This document shows, piece after piece, positions 10,095-19,306 of a stretch of 55,535 nucleotides of DNA; positions within the stretch are counted from its first letter, which is position 1, and every line of letters begins with the position of its first letter. Made by a program: the position numbers and the translations under genes. Origin of the DNA: an uncultured virus (IMG/VR IMGVR_UViG_3300009110_000302). Lineage: Duplodnaviria; Heunggongvirae; Uroviricota; Caudoviricetes. The stretch covers positions 62,001-117,535 of IMG/VR virus record IMGVR_UViG_3300009110_000302, one strand, 5' to 3'. A model generated the notes under the pieces. That model was not told the origin of the DNA. It worked only from the letters and a program-made list of their open reading frames with translations, and made no database searches.

Positions 10095-12332
10095 ATGAAA
10101 CCATTAGAGAAAAGACAAACCCTTAAAACCAGCGGCATCCAAAAGTCTGTTAGCTTTGGAATCAAGCAGTCTGGCATCCACCACGTTCTAGGCATCTTGC
10201 GTGACCAACTTTATTCAGACAAGGTTCTTGCAATTATTCGTGAGTATTCTACCAATGCGGTTGACGCTCATATTGAAGCGGGAAATGCGGATCGTCCTAT
10301 CGAAGTAACTTTCCCAACTAAATTAAAGCCAGTATTCAAGGTTCGTGACTTTGGTGATGGTCTTACAGAGCAAGAGATTCAAGACGTTTACGCTTTTTAC
10401 GGTGAATCCACCAAACGTAATAGTAACGACTGTACGGGTATGCTAGGTATCGGCTCAAAGTCTGCTTTCTCATACGGAGACAATTTCGTTATTAATTCTT
10501 TCGTAAAAGGTAAGAAGATTACTTACAACGCCTTTATTGATCCGTCTCAAGTCGGCCAGATTTCCAAGCTGTCTGAAGAAGATACTGATGAAGAAGATGG
10601 TATTGAAATTTCTGTACCTGTTCGTGAGGATGATTGTCAGGAGTTCCTAGACAAAGGCAAGACTCTGTTTGAGTGGTTCTCCGTCCGTCCTAATGTGAAA
10701 GGTTGTAATCCTTTCGAGTATAAGGACTCAAAAGTTTTATTTTCTGGTGATAATTGGGAGTGGAGAGATGTAGTGAGTGACAGGTATCACAGTTATCGTA
10801 GTCGTCATGGCGAGTTGACTGTTGTTATGGGCAACATTGGATACCCTGTTGATTCCTCCGACTTGAATTTATCTTATGATGATAAAATTTCTCATCTTGT
10901 GTCGGAGAATTTGGTTTTGCGTGTGCCTATTGGAGATGTAGAGATTTCTGCTTCACGGGAAAAGTTACAGTTTACTGATTATACTCGTAAAAAGTTGAAG
11001 ATGCACCTTCAAACGGTTCGTGAAGAACTTTCTAGTACGATTAGCAAGCAGTTCAAAGTGTGTAACACCTTGTTTGAAGCGAAATGTTTATATGGCAGTA
11101 CGTTCCGTACAGATTCGCCTTTGTATGCTTTAAGGGATGTTATTAAAGATCATCTTGTATGGAATGGTAAAACGGTAGATGGAGACTCCTACAACACTTA
11201 CGGTACAGGTGGAGCAACTACGGTAAGGTTTAAGAAAAGTTATCGTGGTGAGCGTTACAAAAGTGACGAATGTGGCTCGTTCTCTTGCGATAAGAATTTG
11301 GTTCTTATCGAAAATGATATAGGGCATCGTCGTGGAATGATGGGTAGGATTTTACCTATCATCCACAATCAGAAGAAAACTCCTGTCATGCTTGAGTTCC
11401 AATCTTTTTCTGACGGTGATAAAATCATCAAAGCTGATAAGGTTCGTGCTAATTGGATTAAAAAGGAAAAATTCGATGGCACTCTTGTGAAGTTGTCGGA
11501 GTTGCCAAAGCATAAGATGAGTGAGTTCGTTGGTTATCAACGGAGTGCTTCCACTACCTCTGGAGGGGTTAAGAATGGTAAACATTCTGCAAAGTTATTT
11601 GAGCTTGATATAGTTACCGAAAGAAGGGGTTGGCATAGTCCAAAATCTGACTTTTGGAACATTGCGGAAGTAGACATGGATAACGGTGGAGTATTTGTAA
11701 TTATTGACAAATTCAATGCTTTGAGAGGGTTGTCCGATGAGTGTGCTAGTCAACTTATCAATAAAGTTAAAGACTTAAAAGCTATTGGAGTTAAGGTTCC
11801 TAAAGTCTACGCAGTTAAGATTAAACAACGTAGTCAGTTAGAGGGTAAAAAAGGTTGGCAGAATTTTTATGATTTTGCCAAGGAAAAAACCCTAGAGAAG
11901 TTAAACGAAGGTTCTTTAACTCAATCTTACGTCGATTACAAGTCTGCTACGGACTTTACTGGAAATCGTGAAGATGCTTGGGGTTCATATAAATCTGAAG
12001 CGTTGGAAATGTTACTGAAAGGATTGCCTCAACTAGCAGACAAAGAAGGAACGATAGCCACTTTCTTAACTAATTACCAGTTGATGAAATCGGCCAATGG
12101 TAAAGCCAAACAGTTGCAGAAATTGGTGGAGGTAGCGAACGAATATACTGACATTAAAAAGTTAAAGATTAAACCTACTTACGATCTAAAACAAGAGTTT
12201 AAGACCGTGATTGAAAAGTATTCGATGCTGAAGCACCTTGATTCTCATGGTTGGAGATGGAATAATACCAAGGAAATTCAAAGCGATGTCATTAATTACA
12301 TTAACGTCATTGACCTTTGCAACAAGAGTTAG
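10095..12332 (+). CDS. rIIA: rIIA-like protein (GHKL ATPase N-terminus)
   Basis: LYSDKVLAIIREYSTNAVDAH, VRDFGDGL, YGESTK, GMLGIGSKS; about 750 aa; rIIB-like gene downstream. Confidence 0.85.
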   Translation: MKPLEKRQTLKTSGIQKSVSFGIKQSGIHHVLGILRDQLYSDKVLAIIREYSTNAVDAHIEAGNADRPIEVTFPTKLKPVFKVRDFGDGLTEQEIQDVYAFYGESTKRNSNDCTGMLGIGSKSAFSYGDNFVINSFVKGKKITYNAFIDPSQVGQISKLSEEDTDEEDGIEISVPVREDDCQEFLDKGKTLFEWFSVRPNVKGCNPFEYKDSKVLFSGDNWEWRDVVSDRYHSYRSRHGELTVVMGNIGYPVDSSDLNLSYDDKISHLVSENLVLRVPIGDVEISASREKLQFTDYTRKKLKMHLQTVREELSSTISKQFKVCNTLFEAKCLYGSTFRTDSPLYALRDVIKDHLVWNGKTVDGDSYNTYGTGGATTVRFKKSYRGERYKSDECGSFSCDKNLVLIENDIGHRRGMMGRILPIIHNQKKTPVMLEFQSFSDGDKIIKADKVRANWIKKEKFDGTLVKLSELPKHKMSEFVGYQRSASTTSGGVKNGKHSAKLFELDIVTERRGWHSPKSDFWNIAEVDMDNGGVFVIIDKFNALRGLSDECASQLINKVKDLKAIGVKVPKVYAVKIKQRSQLEGKKGWQNFYDFAKEKTLEKLNEGSLTQSYVDYKSATDFTGNREDAWGSYKSEALEMLLKGLPQLADKEGTIATFLTNYQLMKSANGKAKQLQKLVEVANEYTDIKKLKIKPTYDLKQEFKTVIEKYSMLKHLDSHGWRWNNTKEIQSDVINYINVIDLCNKS

Positions 12333-12692
12333 ATTCGGTAGGTATTTGAGTGGTTTCGACTACTGAATCATTTAGAGGCGGCTTTTCTTTCGGGAGGAGT
12401 CGCCTCTCTACTGTAAATTAATTTAAAATTTTTTAAAAATTAGAGAAGATTATTATGAGTAAACAAGAAAACATAGACGGGGTACAGCTTGAGAAACTTC
12501 TTGCAAAGTACGAAAAAGAGTACGAGAGTATTATAGTGATGGATGATTATGATGGAGGCCGAAAAGAAGCCTTGAGAGTAGTCATAGAAGATTTGCATAA
12601 AAAAATGTGGTGGACAATTTAGAAAATTTATTATTCCTTCTCTTGCGAGAAGAAAACTATTAAATTAATAATTATTAGGATTTGAAAAAATT

Positions 12693-13043
12693 ATGGAAAA
12701 ACCAAAATTATCTTACTCAAGGCTGGAAGAAAAGCCATTACTATTTAATCAAGCAGCAATCGAAGCGGCAGTAGAGCATCTGAATAAACATGATGCTTAT
12801 TACTATCAAGGTCTGCCAGAATTTGAAGCTGATGATAAATTTAAAGATTATTATATTCAAGAACACAATAGAGAACCAGAACAAGAAGATATTCAAAAGT
12901 ATGTGGTAGATTTAATTATGGAGTGCGTAGAAGAAAACAAGAAAGAGCAGGAGAGAGTAGAGAAAAGTAAAGAGTCTTGTTCAAGGGTTAATATCTCACA
13001 AGGCCAAGAATATAATTCTAAAAAAAGAAAGAAAAAGGGTTGA
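12693..13043 (+). CDS. Hypothetical protein
   Basis: 116-aa ORF between rIIA and rIIB. Confidence 0.5.
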   Translation: MEKPKLSYSRLEEKPLLFNQAAIEAAVEHLNKHDAYYYQGLPEFEADDKFKDYYIQEHNREPEQEDIQKYVVDLIMECVEENKKEQERVEKSKESCSRVNISQGQEYNSKKRKKKG

Positions 13044-13067
13044 CCCCGCTTTAACCATCTGTATAAT
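13040..13067 (+). promoter_or_regulatory. Class A phage promoter (rIIB)
   Basis: TTGACCccgcttTAACCATctgTATAAT. Confidence 0.75.
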
Positions 13068-13102
13068 AGAGAGAGTAAGCAGTTAAAGAAGGAAAAAATT
13101 AT

Positions 13103-13924
13103 ATGATACCATATATCTTAACCGAAAAGAGTCTAACGGTTGTAATCGAAGGCAAGGCTCATACTATGAACAACGATCACCCATCGTTTGAACGTGCTAA
13201 AGAAGCGTTAAAGGACGAGGAGTGGGAGCGTTTAGAAAACCTATTTGATGTATCGAAGGCAGTCGAAGACTATCTTGATTCAGATGCAGAAATCGAGGTA
13301 AAGGATGGAGCAGTATTCTACCAAGGTGAATCAGTTCACAACTTGGTCGTGGATAAGATTTTGAACTTCATGCGTAACAATGAGCCATATCAACCCTTGA
13401 TTAAATTCCTTGGGAATATGATGGATAACCCATCTCATCGTGCTATTGATGAGCTATACTCTTTCTTGGAGCATAAGGCGATGCCTATTACTCCTGACGG
13501 CAATTTCCTTGCCTACAAGGGTGTAACCGATGATTTCAAGGACTTCCATACTCGTACCTTCTCCAATAAGGTTGGAGATGTGCTTGAAATGCGTAGGAAT
13601 GGTGTGTGTGACGATGCTAACCTTGGTTGTTCGTCAGGATTCCATGCTGGTAGCTATGACTACGCTAAAGGGTATGCGAGTAACGGAGGCAATCTTATGA
13701 TTGTTGAAATTAATCCAGCAGACGTTGTAAGCGTCCCTTATGATTGCAGTTGTCAGAAGTTGCGTACATCCAAGTATAAGGTTGTGGGTCATTACGAAAC
13801 AGTTGATGCCCCGCCCTTAAATGAAGGTCTGAATACCGATTTTGGTGATTGGGATGAAGATTATAGTAGTGATTGGAATGAGGGTTACGAACAGGCCAAG
13901 AAGGACTTTGGGCTTGACGATTAG
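13103..13924 (+). CDS. rIIB: rIIB-like protein
   Basis: LYSFLEH..MPITPDGNFLAYKGV, MRRNGVCDD...CSSGFHAG, INPADVVSVPYD..CQKLRTSKYKVV. Confidence 0.85.
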   Translation: MIPYILTEKSLTVVIEGKAHTMNNDHPSFERAKEALKDEEWERLENLFDVSKAVEDYLDSDAEIEVKDGAVFYQGESVHNLVVDKILNFMRNNEPYQPLIKFLGNMMDNPSHRAIDELYSFLEHKAMPITPDGNFLAYKGVTDDFKDFHTRTFSNKVGDVLEMRRNGVCDDANLGCSSGFHAGSYDYAKGYASNGGNLMIVEINPADVVSVPYDCSCQKLRTSKYKVVGHYETVDAPPLNEGLNTDFGDWDEDYSSDWNEGYEQAKKDFGLDD

Positions 13925-13963
13925 GAGAAAGTAATCTGCGTGTTGCTATACACGGGGGGAACA

Positions 13964-14013
13964 AAAACGAGGTCGTTGAGCTTGCCTTCAGCTTGATGGC
14001 CTCGTTTTATTTT
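13964..14013 (+). terminator. Intrinsic terminator after rIIB
   Basis: AAAACGAGGTCGT...ATGGCCTCGTTTT followed by a T-rich tract. Confidence 0.6.
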
Positions 14014-14047
14014 AAAATTATTTTAAATTTAATATAATTCGAGAAAG

Positions 14048-14344
14048 ATGTTTAAAGCAAAACCATACGTTAAAGTAGGAACAGGGGAGTGGATTGCAAT
14101 TATCCCCCGTCCTCCAAAATATGCCACACACGCCGTTCTAACGATGCACAACGATTTGAAGGAGAATGGTAAGCCCAAGACGGCAACTCTCCCCATACAG
14201 GATTTTGGGTGCTTTAAAGGGGTATCTGGGAGCTTTCACTATATCCGTATGGACAACAGGCGTAAGGTGCATGAGGAGTATAAAGAAAGTTGGAAATGGA
14301 ACGGTAGAGAGGTCGAAGGCATAGAGCAACTATTAGAACAATAG
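14048..14344 (+). CDS. Hypothetical protein
   Basis: 98-aa ORF followed by a terminator. Confidence 0.55.
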   Translation: MFKAKPYVKVGTGEWIAIIPRPPKYATHAVLTMHNDLKENGKPKTATLPIQDFGCFKGVSGSFHYIRMDNRRKVHEEYKESWKWNGREVEGIEQLLEQ

Positions 14345-14370
14345 AATTATTTAAAATTTTAATTAATTTG

Positions 14371-14398
14371 AACGGGGCATTTGCTCCGTTATTTTTTT
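14371..14398 (+). terminator. Intrinsic terminator
   Basis: AACGGGGCA-TT-TGCTCCGTT then ATTTTTTT. Confidence 0.7.
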
Positions 14399-14649
14399 CA
14401 TTTATTCCTTGCTTATACCCATGCTTAAACTATGTTGAAAGGTAGTTTGAGTGTCTTATTACATATACAAGAGACTCTTTTTAATATATGAATTAATAGG
14501 TATAAAAAATGGATGTAATTATTGTTATTGGGGGAGCGTTACTGTTAATGTATATGTCTACCCCAAAGAGAGAAAGCGGAGAGGGAGGGACTAATGTGTC
14601 CATAAACGACTCAAAAGGTGATGATAATAGCCTATTTAGTTGGTTCTTC

Positions 14650-15580
14650 TAGGTTGTCTGATATAGGAGGAAATATAGAGTAGAATAATAGGAGTAATCA
14701 CTTATTATTATTATTGTGTGTATAAACATGGGTATGTGTAAAATTTATATTTAATTTAATATAATTATTTAAAACTTATTTATTTATTTTTAATTATGAA
14801 GATAGAAGCTAACAAGAAAAAAGATTTATTTAAAATTTATGTCAATGCTGCTTTAAGCAATGTACGGGCATGGAATAAGAAAGTAAAGGGAACAAAATAT
14901 GCTATCAATAAAAAAGATAGTTATTCAGATAAATTATTAAAAATTTATAGATATGCTAATGAGCATGAAGAATCTGACTATAACAGCGGCCCCCAATTAT
15001 AAATAATATATTATAATTTAATTTAATTATATTTAATTTTTGTAGGTTGTCTGATTTTCTCGAAATAAAGCACTTGACCCTCCTATAACTATATGTTATA
15101 ATATATATGTTGATGGGGTAGGTCTCATAGCATAGTGTGTGTTGTTCATAAGCGAAGTCCTCTGTCCTGCGAGTGTAGGATGGAGGATTTTCGTGTAAAT
15201 ATAGGTGATGAAACAACACTATGTATTTCTACGCTTGTCCATACTGCGCTCCGTGCGCCCAAGCTCATCTCTTTCTGTCGAAAGAGAAAGCGGTACAGTG
15301 TGGTTGTAAGCAGGGGTTCTTCAACAAAGATAAAGAATGTAAGAAACAAAAATATAAATGTAAAGAGGTTTGGAAATGCAGAAAATGTAAAGAGGTTTGG
15401 GTTGAGTCAGAAGAATTTTTAAAAGAGCAAAAAAGAAAAATAAAAGATGGATAATATAATAATAATTATTACATTGATAGTAGCTCCTTATTTATTTTGG
15501 AAAATATGGAATCGCTCCAAATGGTAGGTTGTAGGATTCGCTCGAAATAACCGTAGGTTGTAGGATTTTTGACTAAATAA
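14650..15580 (+). repeat. Dispersed direct repeats in a very AT-rich tract (candidate iterons)
   Basis: TAGGTTGT(CT/AG)GAT at 14650, 15043, 15525, 15554; two copies continue to CTCGAAATAA. Confidence 0.5.
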
Positions 15581-15711
15581 ATACAGGGGGTAGATTCTAG
15601 GTGATTTTAGGTGATTATTTACAATTAGATTGTTATAGGCAAAATTTTAAATAATTTTAAATAATTTTAGGCTTGTTTCAAATCTAACTATATATACTAT
15701 AAAAGGACAAT

Positions 15712-15996
15712 ATGACTACTTCAAAATCTCAAAGATCAAAAAAGAAAATAAATAAACGACCTAATGACAATAATCTTGTATTAAGATATGAAGATGCTTG
15801 GAATTATATCGTTAGCCATATGCCTTTATGGAAGCAGGACATTGTAATAAACATGACTCCAGAAGAAGCTAAAGAAAAAGAAGTGCATGAACGTGCGAGT
15901 CAGATATTTGATGAGATGGCTAAAGAAGTGAGGAAGTTAGCTGAGTCAAATAGGAAGATTCCACCGCCTAAAGAGAACTGGTCAAAGCCCGAATGA
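15712..15996 (+). CDS. Hypothetical protein
   Basis: Class A promoter at 15673-15700 and terminator downstream. Confidence 0.6.
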   Translation: MTTSKSQRSKKKINKRPNDNNLVLRYEDAWNYIVSHMPLWKQDIVINMTPEEAKEKEVHERASQIFDEMAKEVRKLAESNRKIPPPKENWSKPE

Positions 15997-16009
15997 TTGT
16001 TACAATTAA

Positions 16010-16037
16010 ACCCGCCGCTCTGGCGGGTATTTTTTTT
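16010..16037 (+). terminator. Intrinsic terminator
   Basis: ACCCGCC-GCTCT-GGCGGGT then A and T8. Confidence 0.8.
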
Positions 16038-16082
16038 AAAAAATTATCTTGTTTTATTTTTAACTTTAATTAAAATGGATGT

Positions 16083-16412
16083 ATGCCAGTTAAGAAGAAA
16101 ACGAAAAACAAAGACGGCTCCATACGAAAGAAAGGTTCGGGTCGTACAAAAGGTTCGGTTAGTTTTGTAGAGGTTAGTCTAGGAGACTTAAAACAATCTC
16201 TTGAGCCTTTGGGAGACAACGCCACTATCCTTGTAGGACGTAAGTGGGTGGAAGGTCTTGAAATGGTGGGCATACGTTTATCTGCAAAGAAGTTAGACTC
16301 TTGCCAAGCTACCAGTAAAGGCAACATCGAAGCAGCAACTACTTCAGTAGACATGAAGGTAGAGGACTTTGATAGTGATGATGAAGTAGGGATAGATGAA
16401 GTAGAATTTTAA
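16083..16412 (+). CDS. Hypothetical protein, basic N-terminus and acidic C-terminus (possible DNA binding)
   Basis: RKKGSGRTKGS motif; class A promoter 16049-16076. Confidence 0.55.
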   Translation: MPVKKKTKNKDGSIRKKGSGRTKGSVSFVEVSLGDLKQSLEPLGDNATILVGRKWVEGLEMVGIRLSAKKLDSCQATSKGNIEAATTSVDMKVEDFDSDDEVGIDEVEF

Positions 16413-16465
16413 ATAATTTTATTTTATTCTTGTGTCTGTTTTAACTATGTGCATAATTGATAAAG

Positions 16466-17413
16466 ATGAGCGACAAAACCACTAAACTATTTCCTGACAT
16501 TGTTGGTCAGGACAAAGCAAAGAAGAAACTTATGTTCTTCCATCGAGGCTATAAAGCCTCTGGGATCATTCCACACCTTATGTTTATCGCACCCAAGGGA
16601 TGCGGTAAGACCACTCTTGCCAAAGCTATTGGTAAGAACCTTGAGGGTGAGAAGGGCAAGCCAAAGCGTTTCCTTGAGATCAACTGTTCTACTATCAAGA
16701 ACGTGAAGCAGTTCTTCAATCAAGTAATCGTACCTCACGTTGCGAATAAAGAATGTACCGTTCTTTTTGACGAAGCCAGCGAGCTTCCCAAGGATGTGAC
16801 AATGATGTTACTGACCTGTCTGAACCCGAACGAGAACAATCGTAACGAGTTTGCGTATGAAGATTATGTTGTTGATTTCGATTTTCGTATCCACTCGTTT
16901 CTGTTCGCCACTACCGAAGCTCATAAGATTTTCCATGCGTTGATGGATCGTTGCGAGCGTATTGATCTGGAGGAATACTCCTATAATCAGTTAGGCACGA
17001 TCATCTCTCGTCAGATGAAAGGTATTAAGTTTGAGAAGGGCGTTCTTGAGGATGTCGCCACTATCCTGCGAGGCAACGCCCGTGCTGCTCAAAAGATGGC
17101 AAACAACATGAAATCCTACTTAAAGGTTAAGGGTTCTGATAAGTTTATGAACAAAGATTGGGAGATCATGCGTGACGAATTGGGCATCCTACCTTTAGGC
17201 GTGAATCGTATTGAGCTTATCGTGTTGAAGGCACTGAAGGAGAAAAAAGAATGTTCACTGACTCACCTTGCTGCCAAGACGGGGTTGACTCCTCAATGTC
17301 TGCGTCAAGATTTTGAGATGTACCTTCAGAAGATGAATCTGATGGAGATTACAACCAGTGGTCGTGCGCTTACCAAAACAGGGCATGAATACTTGGAGCG
17401 GGAGGATGTTTAA
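16466..17413 (+). CDS. ruvB: RuvB-like AAA+ ATPase (Holliday junction branch migration helicase-like)
   Basis: FPDIVGQ, HLMFIAPKGCGKTTLA, LFDEA, ATTE, RGNAR, C-terminal winged-helix-like EMYLQKMNLMEITTSGRALT. Confidence 0.75.
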   Translation: MSDKTTKLFPDIVGQDKAKKKLMFFHRGYKASGIIPHLMFIAPKGCGKTTLAKAIGKNLEGEKGKPKRFLEINCSTIKNVKQFFNQVIVPHVANKECTVLFDEASELPKDVTMMLLTCLNPNENNRNEFAYEDYVVDFDFRIHSFLFATTEAHKIFHALMDRCERIDLEEYSYNQLGTIISRQMKGIKFEKGVLEDVATILRGNARAAQKMANNMKSYLKVKGSDKFMNKDWEIMRDELGILPLGVNRIELIVLKALKEKKECSLTHLAAKTGLTPQCLRQDFEMYLQKMNLMEITTSGRALTKTGHEYLEREDV

Positions 17414-17912
17414 AGTGATAGATCAAACCTCATATAGTATTTATAAAGATATGGAGTTAGATACTGTAACCCGTTGGAGTGAAAATAATTGGAAATGTAT
17501 AACTACAAATGGATTCTATTTAAATATAAAAATTAAAGGCGGCACACTATATGCTGATTTAGCTGAAACAGAAAATGAGTTAGGATATAATGCAATGCCA
17601 TTAATTAAATATGATAATAAAACTTTAAAGGAATGGGTTCTAAATAATAAAAAGGAAACATCATTTGAACAAATAAAAGAATTTATGAATTGGACTTGCG
17701 CTTCTGACAAAATATGGGATATTTAACACGATGAAAAATAAGAATAAAACATACTTGATTCAAGTAACTACCAAAGGAAATAAAGCTGAAGTCACTCAAG
17801 CAATGGAGGTGACAAGTAACGGATACGTTCCGACTGACAAACGTCAGGTTACTCGACAAGTGCTAAATAAGGCTTCTACATTCGTTACCAAGTAGCGAAA
17901 TAAAGTAGAACA

Positions 17913-17958
17913 GGCCGCCTACCCTTTCTGTCGTTCATCTGGGGGTGGGCGGTTTTTT
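17913..17958 (+). terminator. Intrinsic terminator
   Basis: GGCCGCCTACCCT...GGGGTGGGCGGTT then T tract. Confidence 0.7.
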
Positions 17959-18129
17959 GTTAAATAGTCAAATAAAGGAGTGTAAATAAAGACAGTAAGA
18001 TAATTTGCGGCAAGGCTAGGACGCTTGTTCCGAAATTATATTTTAGGCTGGATAAAGAATCTTATTATTATTAATTAGGTCATATTATAGCTTGCTTTCC
18101 ATTCAACTATCTCTATAATAGGAGGACAT

Positions 18130-18429
18130 ATGAAACAATTCAACACACCAACTATATTATTTATTATTGTATTTAGTATTTATTTTTTATGTGGATGTTC
18201 TTCTCCTAATACAGTGGAGTATCTTTCTCCGTCTATGAGAGGAGCTTTCGGCCCACCAGCTAAAAAGGTTGAAGATAAGTCGCCTTGGGGTGACTTGAAT
18301 AAACAGTATATCAGACAGATGTGGGGTAGATTCCCGAACGGAAGGCCTTGGAAGGGATCTTATGCTAGGCCAAATCCGTGGAAACACTCATACAGAGACG
18401 ATGTTTATTGGAGTTGGAATTTCAAATAA
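18130..18429 (+). CDS. Putative lipoprotein
   Basis: Signal peptide ending LCGC; GGAGG RBS; class A promoter 18092-18119. Confidence 0.6.
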   Translation: MKQFNTPTILFIIVFSIYFLCGCSSPNTVEYLSPSMRGAFGPPAKKVEDKSPWGDLNKQYIRQMWGRFPNGRPWKGSYARPNPWKHSYRDDVYWSWNFK

Positions 18430-18434
18430 AAAAC

Positions 18435-18462
18435 TTGCGTTTAGATTAACTACCCGTATAAT
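18435..18462 (+). promoter_or_regulatory. Class A promoter driving the noncoding RNA
   Basis: TTGCGTttagatTAACTACccgTATAAT with no plausible ORF downstream. Confidence 0.75.
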
Positions 18463-18468
18463 GGGTAT

Positions 18469-18947
18469 AGTTCTTTGAGAGATTGACAATTTAAGTTGCG
18501 GAAACGCGACAACAATTTAAGCTGACGACGGTTGGCTTAAGGGAATGGCTGAACAACCCTCCATCATAAGGGGTAAGGCATAGGGATACGTGTTAGAGTA
18601 TAATCGTATGAGACACGTGTTTCTAGTAGACTGGTAAACTTGAACTGTATTGTGCACTGGTCTTGATGGTAATGCAGCAATCCATCTTCCCATTAATTTT
18701 GTGCGTGGTGCTGGGTTACAGGCCACGTAACAGGAAGAAACACAGGTTACCTCAACCGGAAGCGCGTAAGTATTCCTCGCGTCTGCAAAGGGAGAAGCAG
18801 CGGGTAACCAACGTGAGATCCCAAAATTTCCGTAGTCCAAAATCAAAGGGCTACGGTTTCAACAAGGTCGGGAAAAACAAACGCAGTTGATGCGCCCGTT
18901 AAAGATGAGTTCACACCGAACGTGACCATCGCCTTGTTATTTTTTTT
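18469..18947 (+). ncRNA. Large structured noncoding RNA (~480 nt), family unassigned
   Basis: Own promoter, ends in stem plus T8; about ten hand-identified helices with G-U pairs, including GTTGCG-GAAA-CGCGAC, TAGGGATACGTGTT/GACACGTGTTTCTA, CCGTAGTCC/GGGCTACGG. Confidence 0.75.
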
Positions 18948-18956
18948 GCCCTAATA

Positions 18957-18996
18957 GCACTTGGCACGAATCGTGCTGCCCGATTTCAACCAAGTG
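18957..18996 (+). repeat. 39-bp dyad element copy 1 (sigma54-like box)
   Basis: CACTTGGCACGAATCGTGC-T-GCCCGATTTCAACCAAGTG; TTATTCACA at 19009-19017. Confidence 0.85.
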
Positions 18997-19306
18997 TCAA
19001 GCGTAAAGTTATTCACACCTCAAAAAATTTCTTAAAATCAACGAATTTCACACCGGAGAAAGTGGGGGTAAACAAGAAATTTTCAGGCATGATACCTCAC
19101 AAAAGCAGGGCTTTCTTTCAAAACAATTACCCCCTTTGTCGCTCATTAATTGCCATAATTGATTGACAAACTATTTTGCCGCTCATTTGTGATCGACAAA
19201 AAAATGCATCTAATGTGCATTTAATGCTTGTCACAGGCTTAACTATGCTTATAATGGTTATAACAGTTTGAGACATTAACACTAGAAAAAAGGAACTATA
19301 TATATT

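Noticed and set aside
18517..18890. ORFs 18517-18846(-) and 18663-18890(+)
   Set aside because: Non-ATG or unsupported starts and atypical composition; overlap the structured RNA.
18469..18947. tmRNA, RNase P or group II intron identity for the ncRNA
   Set aside because: No tRNA-like ends or CCA; no GAGGAAAGUCC; GTGCG and ...TACGGTTTC resemble group II ends but the domain V AGC/CGC triad is missing and no gene is interrupted.
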